Both the position numbers and the translations under genes were made by a program. Shown here in pieces: positions 1 to 10,800 of a stretch of DNA of 34,864 nucleotides. Numbering within the stretch: the first letter of the stretch is position 1; every line of letters begins with the position of its first letter. This stretch comes from a virus (lineage: Duplodnaviria; Caudoviricetes): positions 1-34,864 of IMG/VR virus record IMGVR_UViG_3300022309_000015; one strand, 5' to 3'. The notes beneath the pieces were generated by a model. It searched no databases. It worked only from the letters and a program-made list of their open reading frames with translations, and had not been told where the DNA came from.

Positions 1-1976
1 AGGTCCATATTGAATATGGCCCTCGCTGATCCCATTTCATTCAGTGTGGCCCCGATTGTTCGTGTGCGCGTGTACCCCGGCCTCCTCATCAGCTTGCGCC
101 CGGCTTTTTGAACCATCGACATGAACTCGTTGCGCGGCATGGCCTCCAGGTAAGCCTTCTTTTCAACCAGCCACTTCACCGGCCCCTGTTCTTCGATGGC
201 ACGATTAACACCGGCAAGCGCCTCATCTCTCGTATTAGCATGGTGTGGCCAGTATTCGTGCCCCTGTTTCTGCTCAACACCAAAGGCGCGGTCCTTTAGT
301 ATGAACCCCTCCTCAAGTTTCTTTGCCTGCTGGATGTCCTTGAACGTCTTGAGCAGGTCGGCGGCTTCCTTCTCGTTGGGGGAGAGCGCATTGAACGCAT
401 CCCGAAATGCAGCTTCGTTCTTTGCGTACTCGCCCGTCTTGACCATCTCATCCATGTGCGTTACGAGCGCGATGTTTTCAGCAATGCTCTGCTGCTTCAG
501 TTCGATGGCAGAAATCTCGCGCTGGATGCGAATGGAGTCACGATGAAGCCGCTTCACTTCACGGTCGAGGATTGCTTCCTCGCGGGTCTTGAAGTCCTTT
601 GTCAGAAGTCTTGCCGCCGCCTTGCCTTCCTTCGCAGCGTCAGCCGCAGCCCGGTTAAACGCCTTCTGGTTCGCACCGACCGCAGCACGGGCGCGCTCCT
701 TCTTTGTGGCGGTGTCGATAATCTCCTTGTTCGGGCGGATGTTCCACTTGTTGCCACGAAGCGTATTGGTCGTGCTGGCGTGGAGAGCGTTAGTGGCCTC
801 CTCATGCGCGGCCTTCAGCCCCGGAATCTTAGCGCGAAGATCAACCTCTTTCGCAGCAAAGCGGTCGATGTTCTTCTCTATCTTAGAGTACGCCTTCGCT
901 CTCTCTCTGCCCTTCGCGGCTTCAATCGCGCTGAGAATATCTGGGCTGCTCTCAACAGCGGAAATCTTGGCCTCTATCAACTCGGCCTTCTTCTTAAGCC
1001 TGGCGTGGCGATTGGTAAGGTCGTCAATGCTTGACTTGTACTTCTTGATGACCTTCTGTGGGTTGGCGATCCTGCGTACCGGAGCCTGATCTACAGTCAC
1101 ATAGATATGCTCCATGCGCTTCGGGTCGGGTACGAGTTCAACGGCACGCTTGGTGTACTCGGACTGCGGGATGTTAGCGATAGCATGTAGTTCCCCGGCG
1201 TGCTCTCTCTTGAGTTTGGCAAACCCCGGCACTCCCATCTTCTTCAAGTGGTATGCCTGATTGAACGCCTCGCCAATACGGCTACCAGCTTCCTTCAAGA
1301 ACTCTGCCGTTTCCCTCGTTGGCCGGGTAAGCCCCGCTATTTCATCGGCACCCTTGAACAACGCGGAAACCTCGCCGACAGCGAACTTGGTGGCGACCCT
1401 CGCCGGGATGTTAATGGGGAGCGACATAGATGTTGGGGCGAGAAGATCAAGGGGCTTTCCAACTTCATACGTCATCATTAGCGGTGTTCTGCCAGGAATG
1501 GGTATTGGGGGGACAACCCCCTTCATCCCCTGCATCGCCTCTGAATACTTCGTCTTGTCCTTCCATCCGCCAATAGCAGCCTTAGCGATTCCGATTGGGT
1601 CTGGTTTTTGCGGATTGGTGATGGCGTGCCCTATGAACGTCTGCCCTTCCTTGTCGGCCTGCGCCGCTGCTTCCTCAACCTTCGCACGCTCGTACTGGAT
1701 AATTCCAGCCGTAACCCCTTCGATATGATTAATCGCGTTCTCAATCTTTTGCAACCCACGCAACGCCTGCTTCTGAGAAAACTCCTGCCCCTTTCTGACT
1801 GCGCCAATACGGGGCTTGGGGTCAACCAGCTTGGCTTCTTCCTTTCGGATGAAGTCCTCAACCTGGGAACGCTTCTTACCACCCGTGTTGGTCTGACGGA
1901 TTTGCTGCTTAGTTCCCTCGGATTGTGCGCGCAACTCGTTCTGGATGCGCAGCAGTTCTTCGTCGCTGGTAGCCAT
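1..1976 (-). CDS. Large putative internal virion/DNA ejection protein (3' partial, about 658 aa within window)
   Basis: Absent from ORF track because it has no stop in the window. ATG at 1976 directly follows TAA of the upstream gene (MATSDEELLRIQNELRAQ...); open wherever checked down to base 1; helical, K/E/A-rich; position matches the last ejection protein. Confidence 0.75.
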   Translation of the reverse strand, partial: MATSDEELLRIQNELRAQSEGTKQQIRQTNTGGKKRSQVEDFIRKEEAKLVDPKPRIGAVRKGQEFSQKQALRGLQKIENAINHIEGVTAGIIQYERAKVEEAAAQADKEGQTFIGHAITNPQKPDPIGIAKAAIGGWKDKTKYSEAMQGMKGVVPPIPIPGRTPLMMTYEVGKPLDLLAPTSMSLPINIPARVATKFAVGEVSALFKGADEIAGLTRPTRETAEFLKEAGSRIGEAFNQAYHLKKMGVPGFAKLKREHAGELHAIANIPQSEYTKRAVELVPDPKRMEHIYVTVDQAPVRRIANPQKVIKKYKSSIDDLTNRHARLKKKAELIEAKISAVESSPDILSAIEAAKGRERAKAYSKIEKNIDRFAAKEVDLRAKIPGLKAAHEEATNALHASTTNTLRGNKWNIRPNKEIIDTATKKERARAAVGANQKAFNRAAADAAKEGKAAARLLTKDFKTREEAILDREVKRLHRDSIRIQREISAIELKQQSIAENIALVTHMDEMVKTGEYAKNEAAFRDAFNALSPNEKEAADLLKTFKDIQQAKKLEEGFILKDRAFGVEQKQGHEYWPHHANTRDEALAGVNRAIEEQGPVKWLVEKKAYLEAMPRNEFMSMVQKAGRKLMRRPGYTRTRTIGATLNEMGSARAIFNMD

Positions 1977-3155
1977 TTACCGCCTCAAGTATTGAGAGAC
2001 AGGAAGGTTCTTCTTCGGGCTTCCAGTGGGGAGTCCGGTATCCCTGTATGCAGAACCAAGCTGGCTCCCTGGGGATGTCAGCCTGTCGATCAGAGCGTAT
2101 GCCTGCTCTCTTGTGATAGCCCCCATTCCAACCAGAGAGCCGAGCACATTAAGAGAAAGCCCCCCTGCCTTGACGGGTATTTTAATCCCAAGTGCGGAGG
2201 AAACGGCGTCCACATCTTCCTTGCTGAATAGCGGGGATGCTGTGTCATCAATCCCGAACTCTTGAGCCAGATTGGCAATCTCCATTCTGGACACAACGAT
2301 GACAGCGGCCTTCTCCGGTGTAATATTCTGGCGAGCAGCCGTAACCGCAACATCATGTGCCAAGCTCTTGTCGATTACCTCGCCCGTAGTCGGGTCTATC
2401 GGCGGGGTGGTGGCCCCAACCATAGGCTGTTGAAACTCACCGCGATTTTTGCTGGTGTTGTTGTAGTATGCGAGCCAACCAGACTCGAAGTTCTTTACGT
2501 CCGTGTTGATTTTTGCCTCATCTGGAGCCTGCGGGGTAAGCATGGGCCTCCCATTAACACGCTCGTACTCAAGAAGCGCAGAGCCGCCTTCAGGGTCTTG
2601 GCGGAACGCATTGATTCTGGCATTGAAATCATCCGGGCTCGCAACTTGACTATCAGGCGAAAGACCATATCTAAGATTCAGAGCCCTGGTCGCCTCGGTG
2701 ATGTCCGCGCCGCCCTTGCTCCCCCCTGTCTGGCGCTGCTGGATTTCGTGAGCACGCTCAACCTTCCCTGCCTCGGCCTGCGACTCAAGATAAGCCTTTG
2801 CATCTTCCGGCGATACCTTCGCCGCCCTCGCATAGATGTCAACGATTGCAGGAGTGATGGGCGCTCCACCATAGGCTGACTTCTCAAGACCAGAGATTGT
2901 CTTGAGCCGCTTGTCATCTTCCTGCGTAAGCGTGTGCTCAAACATAGCCTGTTGCTCGCCGCGTGACCGCGCCATCTGGTCCTGAGCCCTGAGAAGGTCC
3001 ATCTCCTGGCGCTGTTTAGTCTGCGCCGTCTGGCTCTCTCGCGCATACTGCGCCCGCTGATCACGATCCGCTAGGAACCGCTGGAGGAATTCATGCGCAA
3101 ACGACATCGCGCCCTGTCCAACCGGGAACTTATCAACCCCTGTGTACTGTGGCAT
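1977..3155 (-). CDS. Putative internal virion/ejection protein (392 aa)
   Basis: Q/A-rich helical protein with GGAG upstream of the ATG; lies between the pilot-like gene and the large ejection gene. Confidence 0.6.
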   Translation of the reverse strand: MPQYTGVDKFPVGQGAMSFAHEFLQRFLADRDQRAQYARESQTAQTKQRQEMDLLRAQDQMARSRGEQQAMFEHTLTQEDDKRLKTISGLEKSAYGGAPITPAIVDIYARAAKVSPEDAKAYLESQAEAGKVERAHEIQQRQTGGSKGGADITEATRALNLRYGLSPDSQVASPDDFNARINAFRQDPEGGSALLEYERVNGRPMLTPQAPDEAKINTDVKNFESGWLAYYNNTSKNRGEFQQPMVGATTPPIDPTTGEVIDKSLAHDVAVTAARQNITPEKAAVIVVSRMEIANLAQEFGIDDTASPLFSKEDVDAVSSALGIKIPVKAGGLSLNVLGSLVGMGAITREQAYALIDRLTSPGSQLGSAYRDTGLPTGSPKKNLPVSQYLRR

Positions 3156-3167
3156 CTATCTCATCTC

Positions 3168-3869
3168 CTACTCATAGCGGTACTGGTTCTCAAAGTTCCG
3201 ACTGTTCGTGGCCTGTGATGCGGCAACTCCCGCCGCCACCGCCGGGCCAGCCCCCGGAATAAGCGCCGCTGCGACTGTTCCCGCCGTCCCAAGTATCCCC
3301 ATGAACGCATCCCTGAATGACAGGTCGCTTTGCAACTGTTGCTGGAAGCGCATGATGTCCTTCTGCAACTCGGCCTCGTACCCCATCAAGTCAATGCGCC
3401 TGAAGAAGTCGAACTCCTTGTTAATGAACGCATCACGCTGTTGCTGCATGAGCCCGTACAGCGTGGTCGAGAAGTTCTGCTGCGCCTGCATCGTCTGGCC
3501 CTGCAACTGCGCCTGCGTGCTGTTCTGGAGGGACGCCCCAAGCCCACCCCGCGTCGAGTCAATGCCTCGGCGCTGAAGGAACTGGCTGACCGTGGCCTGA
3601 GTTCCGCGCTGCGCCAAGCCCTGTGCCGTCTGCGACTGGATGCCGAACGCGCCAAGCAAAGCCTGCCGGTACTTCTGAGCCTCAGCGTCGTACCGGGCAA
3701 GGTCACGATTGAACCGCGTGTCTCGTGCTGTACTTTTTAGGCCGATGGACGCATTTGGGTCCAATTCATCTGGACCGGCCCCATACTCAACCCAAGTGTT
3801 GGTATCGGTGTCATACCAGATGTCATACGCCTGGCCATTCCTGGTCCCTCTTCTGCGTTCTACAGCCAT
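3168..3869 (-). CDS. Putative DNA pilot/ejection protein (233 aa)
   Basis: Q-rich coiled coil plus G/A-rich hydrophobic segment GILGTAGTVAAALIPGAGPAVAAGVAA, typical of P22 gp7/T7 gp14-type ejection proteins; downstream of the nozzle gene. Confidence 0.6.
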   Translation of the reverse strand: MAVERRRGTRNGQAYDIWYDTDTNTWVEYGAGPDELDPNASIGLKSTARDTRFNRDLARYDAEAQKYRQALLGAFGIQSQTAQGLAQRGTQATVSQFLQRRGIDSTRGGLGASLQNSTQAQLQGQTMQAQQNFSTTLYGLMQQQRDAFINKEFDFFRRIDLMGYEAELQKDIMRFQQQLQSDLSFRDAFMGILGTAGTVAAALIPGAGPAVAAGVAASQATNSRNFENQYRYE

Positions 3870-3871
3870 GT

Positions 3872-4198
3872 TTATCCCTCAATCCTGACTTCAAGGTCAG
3901 CATCGGCGCTGGTCTTGAGAAATATGCTGTCCCGTGTGCGGGGCTTGTACTCCCACCAGCGAACATCTGATTTCGGTGCGACCGAGACGTGTCGCGGCAC
4001 GCGCCCCAGGTTGTGCCTGATCTCCGTCCCGGTCTGCACCACTCGCGTTGCAACGATTCGGGTCTTGTATTTGAGCGCCCGATTTATACGCGAGTCCATC
4101 TCCTGCAAGTCCTCGTTGAGCGCGCCGAGGAACCCGCGCTCTGTGTCGCTGATGTCCTCATGCCCGCCGCTGATTCTCTGATATAGCCGCGTTCTCAT
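3872..4198 (-). CDS. Hypothetical virion-associated protein (108 aa)
   Basis: Start overlaps the upstream stop (TAATG); IRHNLGRVP motif resembles small beta-rich phage tail domains. Confidence 0.65.
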   Translation of the reverse strand: MRTRLYQRISGGHEDISDTERGFLGALNEDLQEMDSRINRALKYKTRIVATRVVQTGTEIRHNLGRVPRHVSVAPKSDVRWWEYKPRTRDSIFLKTSADADLEVRIEG

Positions 4199-4794
4199 TA
4201 CGCCACCGGACCAAGTACCGTAAGATGAATGATGATGTCCCCGGCGCTGGCAGCAACGCTAAACCGAATATTCACGATGCAGCCCGTCTCGGTTATCTCT
4301 GTCACATACTTCGCAGCAAGAACGGTTGAAGCGCCAAAGCATGTCGGGGAATCAGTTTCTTCAATCTCTATCCCAACAACTGTCGGAGGAGACTCGAACG
4401 TGGTTGAGCCATCAACCCCATCCCCACCACCCCAGTCTATGTTGAGGGTCTGCACTGTCGTAGCCGTTGTAACGCTCATAACCTTATGCACACGAACAAA
4501 TCTAAGCCCGCCCGCCCCAACATTCGTATAGTCGGGGCCGTACTGGATAGCCTTGACACCCGAGTTTGCCTTCGAGTAGTCAACCTTCGCTTCGATGACA
4601 GAATCAGAAGCAAGCTTGTTTGCCGTCACAGCCCCGGTGGCAATCTCATCCGAGTCAACCGCGCCGGTTGCAATGTTCTCCTGCGTCAGCCCGTTAATGA
4701 CGGCCCTAACGTCATTGAAGTTCTTCATTACCTGAGTGCCAAGCGCCGTAGTCCCATCGGGCAGGGTCGTGTAGGTGTAGTTAAGCGTGCTCAT
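4198..4794 (-). CDS. Putative tail fibre/tail-associated protein (198 aa)
   Basis: Repeats IATGAVDSDE/IATGAVTANKL/ASDSVIEAKV typical of phage fibre shafts; ATGA overlap with nozzle gene. Confidence 0.6.
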   Translation of the reverse strand: MSTLNYTYTTLPDGTTALGTQVMKNFNDVRAVINGLTQENIATGAVDSDEIATGAVTANKLASDSVIEAKVDYSKANSGVKAIQYGPDYTNVGAGGLRFVRVHKVMSVTTATTVQTLNIDWGGGDGVDGSTTFESPPTVVGIEIEETDSPTCFGASTVLAAKYVTEITETGCIVNIRFSVAASAGDIIIHLTVLGPVA

Positions 4795-7193
4795 CGTGTG
4801 CCTTCCTTCGGCTCATAGTAAATCGTGATCGAGTGTATCTTCACCGGGTCATATATATTGATGCCCGATATGATGGGCCGGATGGACTTCCCCACCGGAA
4901 GCGTATCCAGGTTGCGGGTAAGAGCGATGCTCGTTGAACCCTGCAAGGAACTGCCCCAATTCTTCTCGCCCCAATTCCCCTCGCCCCAAATGAGCGTGTC
5001 ATCTGAAACAGGCGGGTCAAGGGTCAGCGATGTGCCCGCTGCGCGGCTGTCGTACTTGTTGTCAATCAGAATGTCCAGCGTCAACGGAACCTGCGAGGAG
5101 GCTTCAACGATAATCTCCTTGAACTTCTTGTCCATGAACGGTGCTCCGCCATCAAGGAACCCGAGGTCCGCAGAGAAGTCAATCTTCTGCGAATCTCCGT
5201 ATGCTGGTGTAACGAAGCCCTCCAGAAATCCACTTTCCGCGCGCTGTACCAGTGGCGTACTGGCAAGCATTGTCCCGGTGTTGTCCTCAAGTCCCCACAG
5301 CGTATAGGACTGAACATCCGCGTCCCTGACTTCCAGAGCGACGTTGACGCCACGTTCCAGTACCCCCATCGTCCACGTTGCAGTGCCGAAATTGTAGGTC
5401 ATGTAGTGCCGATTGTATGCCGAAGTCGTACCGTTCGGGTCGGTGTAGAAGATCGTGTACTCGCGTTCCTTCGAGTTGTAGACCGCGCAGGCACTCGTGC
5501 GCCGGTTGTTCGGGATACGCTCAAACGACTTCTTGACCTTGTGAGCCGCAAGCGGCCTCGGGGCCGTTCCGTCATAGATGTACGGGCCACGGTTACTGAG
5601 CCATGCAATCCCGCCGTCTACTTCGCAGATCGTGTTCGGTGCGATGCACCCCACGTTCGGGTCGATCAGTTGCACCGAGATGTTGGGGATGCCGAAGTCC
5701 AGTTCGTCGTCACCGCCGAGGACGGCGTACATCTTGTTCGCCTTCCACGCGAGCAACACCTGGTTCCGCCATGAGCGTATCCCCGTGATTTCGTCCGGCT
5801 CACCCGCTCCAACCGGGAAGGTGCTCTCGGGGAAGAACACCATCGGTTCGGTACCGTTGGCCTCGAACGCGGAGAACGCAATCAGGTCCGGGTAGTACGT
5901 CCACTCGGTTTCGTTGTTCCCCTTGATGGATGGGGATGTCATCCACAGCCGTCCCTTGTGGAGCGTCATGTGCTTGGAGCGCGGTGGGGACGTTAGCGGG
6001 GGCTTCCGCATTTGCTTCTGGAATATAGAGCCGTCATCCTCGAAGATAACCGGCCCCAACAGCGGATCGTATGTGGTCGCACGGATTGAATCCATTGACA
6101 CACTACCAACCCAAAACGCCGAGTATGCGTTCCCGTCATACGGGTAGTCAGAGAATGAATCCAATGGTGGAGTGCGATAGAAGTTTATCGCGCTTACATA
6201 TGGCGGTATCCTGCTGAGCCAGTAATCGTTCGGTCTGAGGAATAGAACCTTGTTGTCAGACATTGAACTGAAAGCCAGATCAAACTTGGCATTTATTCCG
6301 CTGCCAGTCGTAGCAGTTTGCGATACCGGGTTGGTTGGCTCCGATGAGTTCAAAACGGCGTCGTATATCTCAACTCCGGTTACACCGCCTCCACCGTCTA
6401 TGGAAGTAACATTGAGAATGGTGCCACCGGTAACAGTGACCTTGTCATTTACGGCGTGTCCAGAACCGGCAGTATCAATTCCAACGGACACGGCATAGAA
6501 CGCAGCGTATATCGACAGGTCAACCCTGCTATACCAGAACGCATCTGCGTAAGTTGTTGCAGAAGAACCAGCGCGAGCAATAGTTGTTTCTACTGGGCCA
6601 GTTTCACCAAGAAATGTGTCACCGATAGACACGTCGAACGTCATGTAGTATTCAAACTTGCTATACGGGAGATAGCCCCCGCCTTCTCCGGGGGTCCACG
6701 CCGGGTCATATTCACCCTGCGTCCATGCCTTAATAAAGTTCTGGTTACCAATGAATACGTTTAAGTTCGGCCTCTCCACGCCGACCCCAGGCTCCCACGC
6801 AGCCAACTCGTACTCATCGGAGCAGAACAGCACGGAGTCGTAGAACTGCTGTGTCGCGGGGGTGCCCGTGATCGACACCACCTCATCGAACAGGCGGTTG
6901 TCGTCGGTGTCCGCGTACATCTTGCCGCGGCTAACCAGCAGCAGGCGCTTGTCGTTCGCAAGCGACATATAGCGGTGCAGCAGCTTGCACCCGTAAGCAA
7001 GCGGTCGGTATGAACGGTCATGCTCCCCGGTCTGCCCGAGACGGGATTCGAGCGTGCGGCCATCACGAAGCACCATGTTCTTCACCCCGGCAAGTTCTCC
7101 GGGGCGCAGGTGCGTCGGGTCCGACAACTCGTTCACCCCGTAGGGGAATCCGTCGAGGACGATCTTGGGTTCTGAATACCGGCTGACTGTCAT
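4791..7193 (-). CDS. Tail nozzle / tail tubular protein B-like (P22 gp10/T7 gp12 class)
   Basis: 800 aa, beta-rich; N-terminal GVNEL...L.PGE...KNMV..DG..LESR.G, central GRLW and VGCIAPNTI...G.AWLSNRGPY.YDG motifs typical of nozzle propellers; follows adaptor. Confidence 0.75.
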   Translation of the reverse strand: MTVSRYSEPKIVLDGFPYGVNELSDPTHLRPGELAGVKNMVLRDGRTLESRLGQTGEHDRSYRPLAYGCKLLHRYMSLANDKRLLLVSRGKMYADTDDNRLFDEVVSITGTPATQQFYDSVLFCSDEYELAAWEPGVGVERPNLNVFIGNQNFIKAWTQGEYDPAWTPGEGGGYLPYSKFEYYMTFDVSIGDTFLGETGPVETTIARAGSSATTYADAFWYSRVDLSIYAAFYAVSVGIDTAGSGHAVNDKVTVTGGTILNVTSIDGGGGVTGVEIYDAVLNSSEPTNPVSQTATTGSGINAKFDLAFSSMSDNKVLFLRPNDYWLSRIPPYVSAINFYRTPPLDSFSDYPYDGNAYSAFWVGSVSMDSIRATTYDPLLGPVIFEDDGSIFQKQMRKPPLTSPPRSKHMTLHKGRLWMTSPSIKGNNETEWTYYPDLIAFSAFEANGTEPMVFFPESTFPVGAGEPDEITGIRSWRNQVLLAWKANKMYAVLGGDDELDFGIPNISVQLIDPNVGCIAPNTICEVDGGIAWLSNRGPYIYDGTAPRPLAAHKVKKSFERIPNNRRTSACAVYNSKEREYTIFYTDPNGTTSAYNRHYMTYNFGTATWTMGVLERGVNVALEVRDADVQSYTLWGLEDNTGTMLASTPLVQRAESGFLEGFVTPAYGDSQKIDFSADLGFLDGGAPFMDKKFKEIIVEASSQVPLTLDILIDNKYDSRAAGTSLTLDPPVSDDTLIWGEGNWGEKNWGSSLQGSTSIALTRNLDTLPVGKSIRPIISGINIYDPVKIHSITIYYEPKEGTR

Positions 7194-7894
7194 CTGCGCC
7201 TCTGGTACACGTTCCTGATCTGGCCGCTGCCCGTCATATCCTGCTGGTGAACCATCGTCTGAATCTCGTTCATCTCATTGCGATACAGCGCCGCCATCTC
7301 AGAGAGAAGCTCCCGGTCCTTCCACTTCCTCGACAACACCATCGTTGCGTAGTAGCACACCGCCATGTGCGAGAACTCTGGCAACTCGCTGTAGTCATTG
7401 TCCTCGTCCATCTTGCTTGGACGCTGGATGTAGTGAATGGTAACGTCATAGGCCGCATCCGGCCACGGGCGGAACCATATATCGCCCCGCGTGGGGGCTG
7501 TCTGTGACGTGGAACCAAACCCGACTCCGTAGAAGCGCGGAAGCCCGCCCGTCACCGTGGCGTACAGCCGCTCCAGTTCATGGATGTCCTTCTTCTGCGG
7601 GTACGTCTTAACGGACCCGTCAAGGATAATGACATCCTGAATGGCGAGTAAATCATCGGGTAGCCCGTATCGACCTTCTATGCGCGGGATGTCGTTGTCA
7701 TCCAGCGGGTCAAGCCCCGCATCGTCAAACGCTATCGTCTCCATATTGGCGAACGTGGTGAGGCACTTGGTTGCAATGGCCACATTGACGCACGCATTGT
7801 CCAACTGCGTGTTGATTTCAGTGTCCTTCACGCCATCCTCAACAGTCTCTCCAAGCAGCACCCGAACCGTCTCTCTCATCTCTCCGCGTGTCAC
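7190..7894 (-). CDS. Head-tail adaptor / tail tubular protein A-like
   Basis: MTRGEMRETVRVLLGE start, YGLPDDLL, GLPRFY, WFRPWPDAAY.V...Y and LPEFSH.AVCYYA motifs typical of podovirus adaptors. Confidence 0.75.
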   Translation of the reverse strand: MTRGEMRETVRVLLGETVEDGVKDTEINTQLDNACVNVAIATKCLTTFANMETIAFDDAGLDPLDDNDIPRIEGRYGLPDDLLAIQDVIILDGSVKTYPQKKDIHELERLYATVTGGLPRFYGVGFGSTSQTAPTRGDIWFRPWPDAAYDVTIHYIQRPSKMDEDNDYSELPEFSHMAVCYYATMVLSRKWKDRELLSEMAALYRNEMNEIQTMVHQQDMTGSGQIRNVYQRRR

Positions 7895-10800
7895 TTAATC
7901 ACCTTCTCGCTACCGCTTCCGGTTGTCTCAACCCACATCGAAGAAATCTCCATCGAGTAGGTTTCCGAGTAGACAGATGCAGCGGGCCTTGCAGTCAGCA
8001 CGCACCTGGCCATGTTGTCCGTGGTGATGCTAACGGGTATCGGTGTAGACTCTATCTCTACAACCTGTGCCGTTGTGACGGATGGAACCTCGATGTACGA
8101 AATTGCGACCAATTCTCCGCTTGCGCTATCCTTGTTAAGCTGAATCAACAGGCCGGGATTTCCAACCCCGCCAATGTCAGACGACCTGATCCTGGCCTTG
8201 AACTTGATCGTTCGTATGGTGCCATTGAATCCAGCCGGGTCGTCCAGTTCAACCGACACGATTGCGTGAGAAATCGTGATGATGCCCGCGATTGTCGGCC
8301 ACGTCTTGATGAACGTGTTGTCATCTTCATCGGCCAGCACATCCGAGTAGTTGGAATCAGACGGCTCAACCGTAAAGTACGCAAGTCCACGATCACCGTT
8401 CGGGTAGAACGCTACGTTGCCACGGAATATCTTCTTCTCCGTGTACGCGGGCGGTGGCACAAACGGAGGCGTGTACGACAGCGACCCACCATCAGTCATC
8501 GTCAGAATATCAGATTTCAAAAAGTCTCCGATGCGGTATCCAGCGTCGGAAATCTTGTCATTCGTTATGTACTCATACGAGTCAACGATGATTGTCGGCG
8601 TAACCTGAACCCCGTCATAAACCATTACTCCGGTATCCGTAACAGCCAGTTCATCGTCGCTACCATCGGAAAGCCACGACACGGTACGCGCTGGCGTCTC
8701 GGATATGTTCCCCGTGTTTATGGACTCGCTGCCGATTACGAGGAAATCCACCTGGGAGCCGATGTCGAGTGCCGCGAACTCAAGCACACCGGCGTCATTG
8801 GCCCTGAGCGTGCTCGAAGTCGTCGGCGTGAAGTCGTATCGAAAGTACGTCCCATTCAGGTCGGTTTCCGTCACATGGTAATACTGGTTTGGCACGAGGT
8901 TATGGACATAGTGCTTGTCGCTCGACCCGCCCTTGACCACGTAATACGATATGCCAACCGGGGCCAGCGCGTGGTTGGGCGTTGACCCGTCCTCCTCTGC
9001 GCTGAACACAACATGCACAAACGGGGTGGCCTGAATCGACACACCCTCCATAGAGGTCTGGTCAAATCCAAGGGCTGACTGATACTTGATTGCCCGCGTG
9101 GTGGTCGGAGCACTCTGCGTAGTTTCTCCCACCTCGAATGTGGTGCATAGCCGCCCGTACTTCTTAAACACGCTTTCAAGGCTTGTCGCCAGCGGCAGGG
9201 TGATTACCTCGCGGAAGCACTGCACCGTAAATCCTGGGGGGCTATTAAGGTCGGAATAGGTGGGCGACACACCATCATGGATAACGTACTTACGGAACAT
9301 CACGCCGCTGGACGTGCGAATCTCCACCGTGTCGGTACCATTGGCGACCGGATCAGCAGCATAGTGCCAGTGCGCGTGGAACTCGCCACCATCTGTCGTG
9401 AATGGGCTGATGACACGCATACGGTCATAGGAAACCACGAAGTTTGTGGCGTGGTGGTGGAAGAACTCCCGCTGCGCAACGTCCGTAATCGGGTCGCCAA
9501 TAGACGACTCCTGATCCGCCGGTGACAGAAGGGACCAGTAGGAGTTGTTCATGTCCACGCTTCCGTACACGTAATCACTGTCGATTTTGTGCCGCGTGAT
9601 TTCAGCGTTTACTGCGTTTTCAAACCCAGGTTCTCTACGAAGTTGGATACCTGTTGCCTGCATCCATCCGCCAGGATAGTTTGATGGAACCCACAGGTAT
9701 GTGTTGTGGAACTTGGTGTGCCACGGATCGCCGGATATACCGCCAGTTGCGAGTCCCTGTGGCTCTCCAAGAAGCCACCCGCCAAGCCTGCCACCGGGGC
9801 CGCCCTTGAATATCTGGATATGCCCCTGATCGTTGTGCTGGTGTCCCTGCGCAAAATGTACCGCTGATATGGTGGCGGATGTCCCGGTGCTACTCCATAC
9901 GTTTCGGCTGTTCAGGAACCCGTTGCCAATAGAGAACCAGCCAAGACCAAGAGATAGGTATGCGTTCTCCTCTGCGAAATCCTCGCAGTACATGAGCATT
10001 TCACGGTCAGTGAAGTCATGTGCGTTCGCGCTGGTTTCATCAGTGAAGATGTTGTCCAGCCAGTATTGTCCCCACTTGCCAACCTGCGTGCCAAGCAATC
10101 CACCCACACAGAACAACATTTCCAGCCTGTTGTACGTGTGGACGGTGATATACTCATTGATCGTCGCTTCACCGAGACATATCTGGGCTGTGCTTCCGGG
10201 CTGCGTCTCGTAGTACATATACTGCACGATGTCGGATGCGAACCCGAAGTTGTCGAAGTATGGCTGACCAGCCGCATTTCGCAACATCAGTAGCGTTTCC
10301 ATCATAGCGCGGCCCACACCACGCCCGTACTCGGAACCCTCAATCCATCCGCCGCCAATGAACGACCCAAATCCCTGCCGTGTCCACACTGGATTGCTTG
10401 GGTCCGTCGCCTGATCTATCCTGTCGATAGTGTACTCATACAGGTCCGTGAACAACGGTCCACCCTGCGTGTGGTGGCGCGGGAGAATAAACTGACGGCG
10501 CGTAGAGCTACCCGGAGGCCATCCCCAGTCAAGCGGTTGCTCATGGTACAGAGCGATGGCCGCATACGCGCACATCATGGTGTATGCGACGTAGAAGTTG
10601 TTGCCCTTGTCCCATCCGTTCGGTGACGGATCACCACCGGTATGTGTTACTGCGGCTGCGTCAGGGTGCTTGTCGTTCATAAACGCAAACACAGCACCGA
10701 GCATGTAGTCCTGCATCTTCTGCTTACGAACAGAACCCAGTTCGTCGTGCAACCAGTCATAGGTAAGCGCAAACGTCCGCATGGTTTCCCGGTACGTGAC

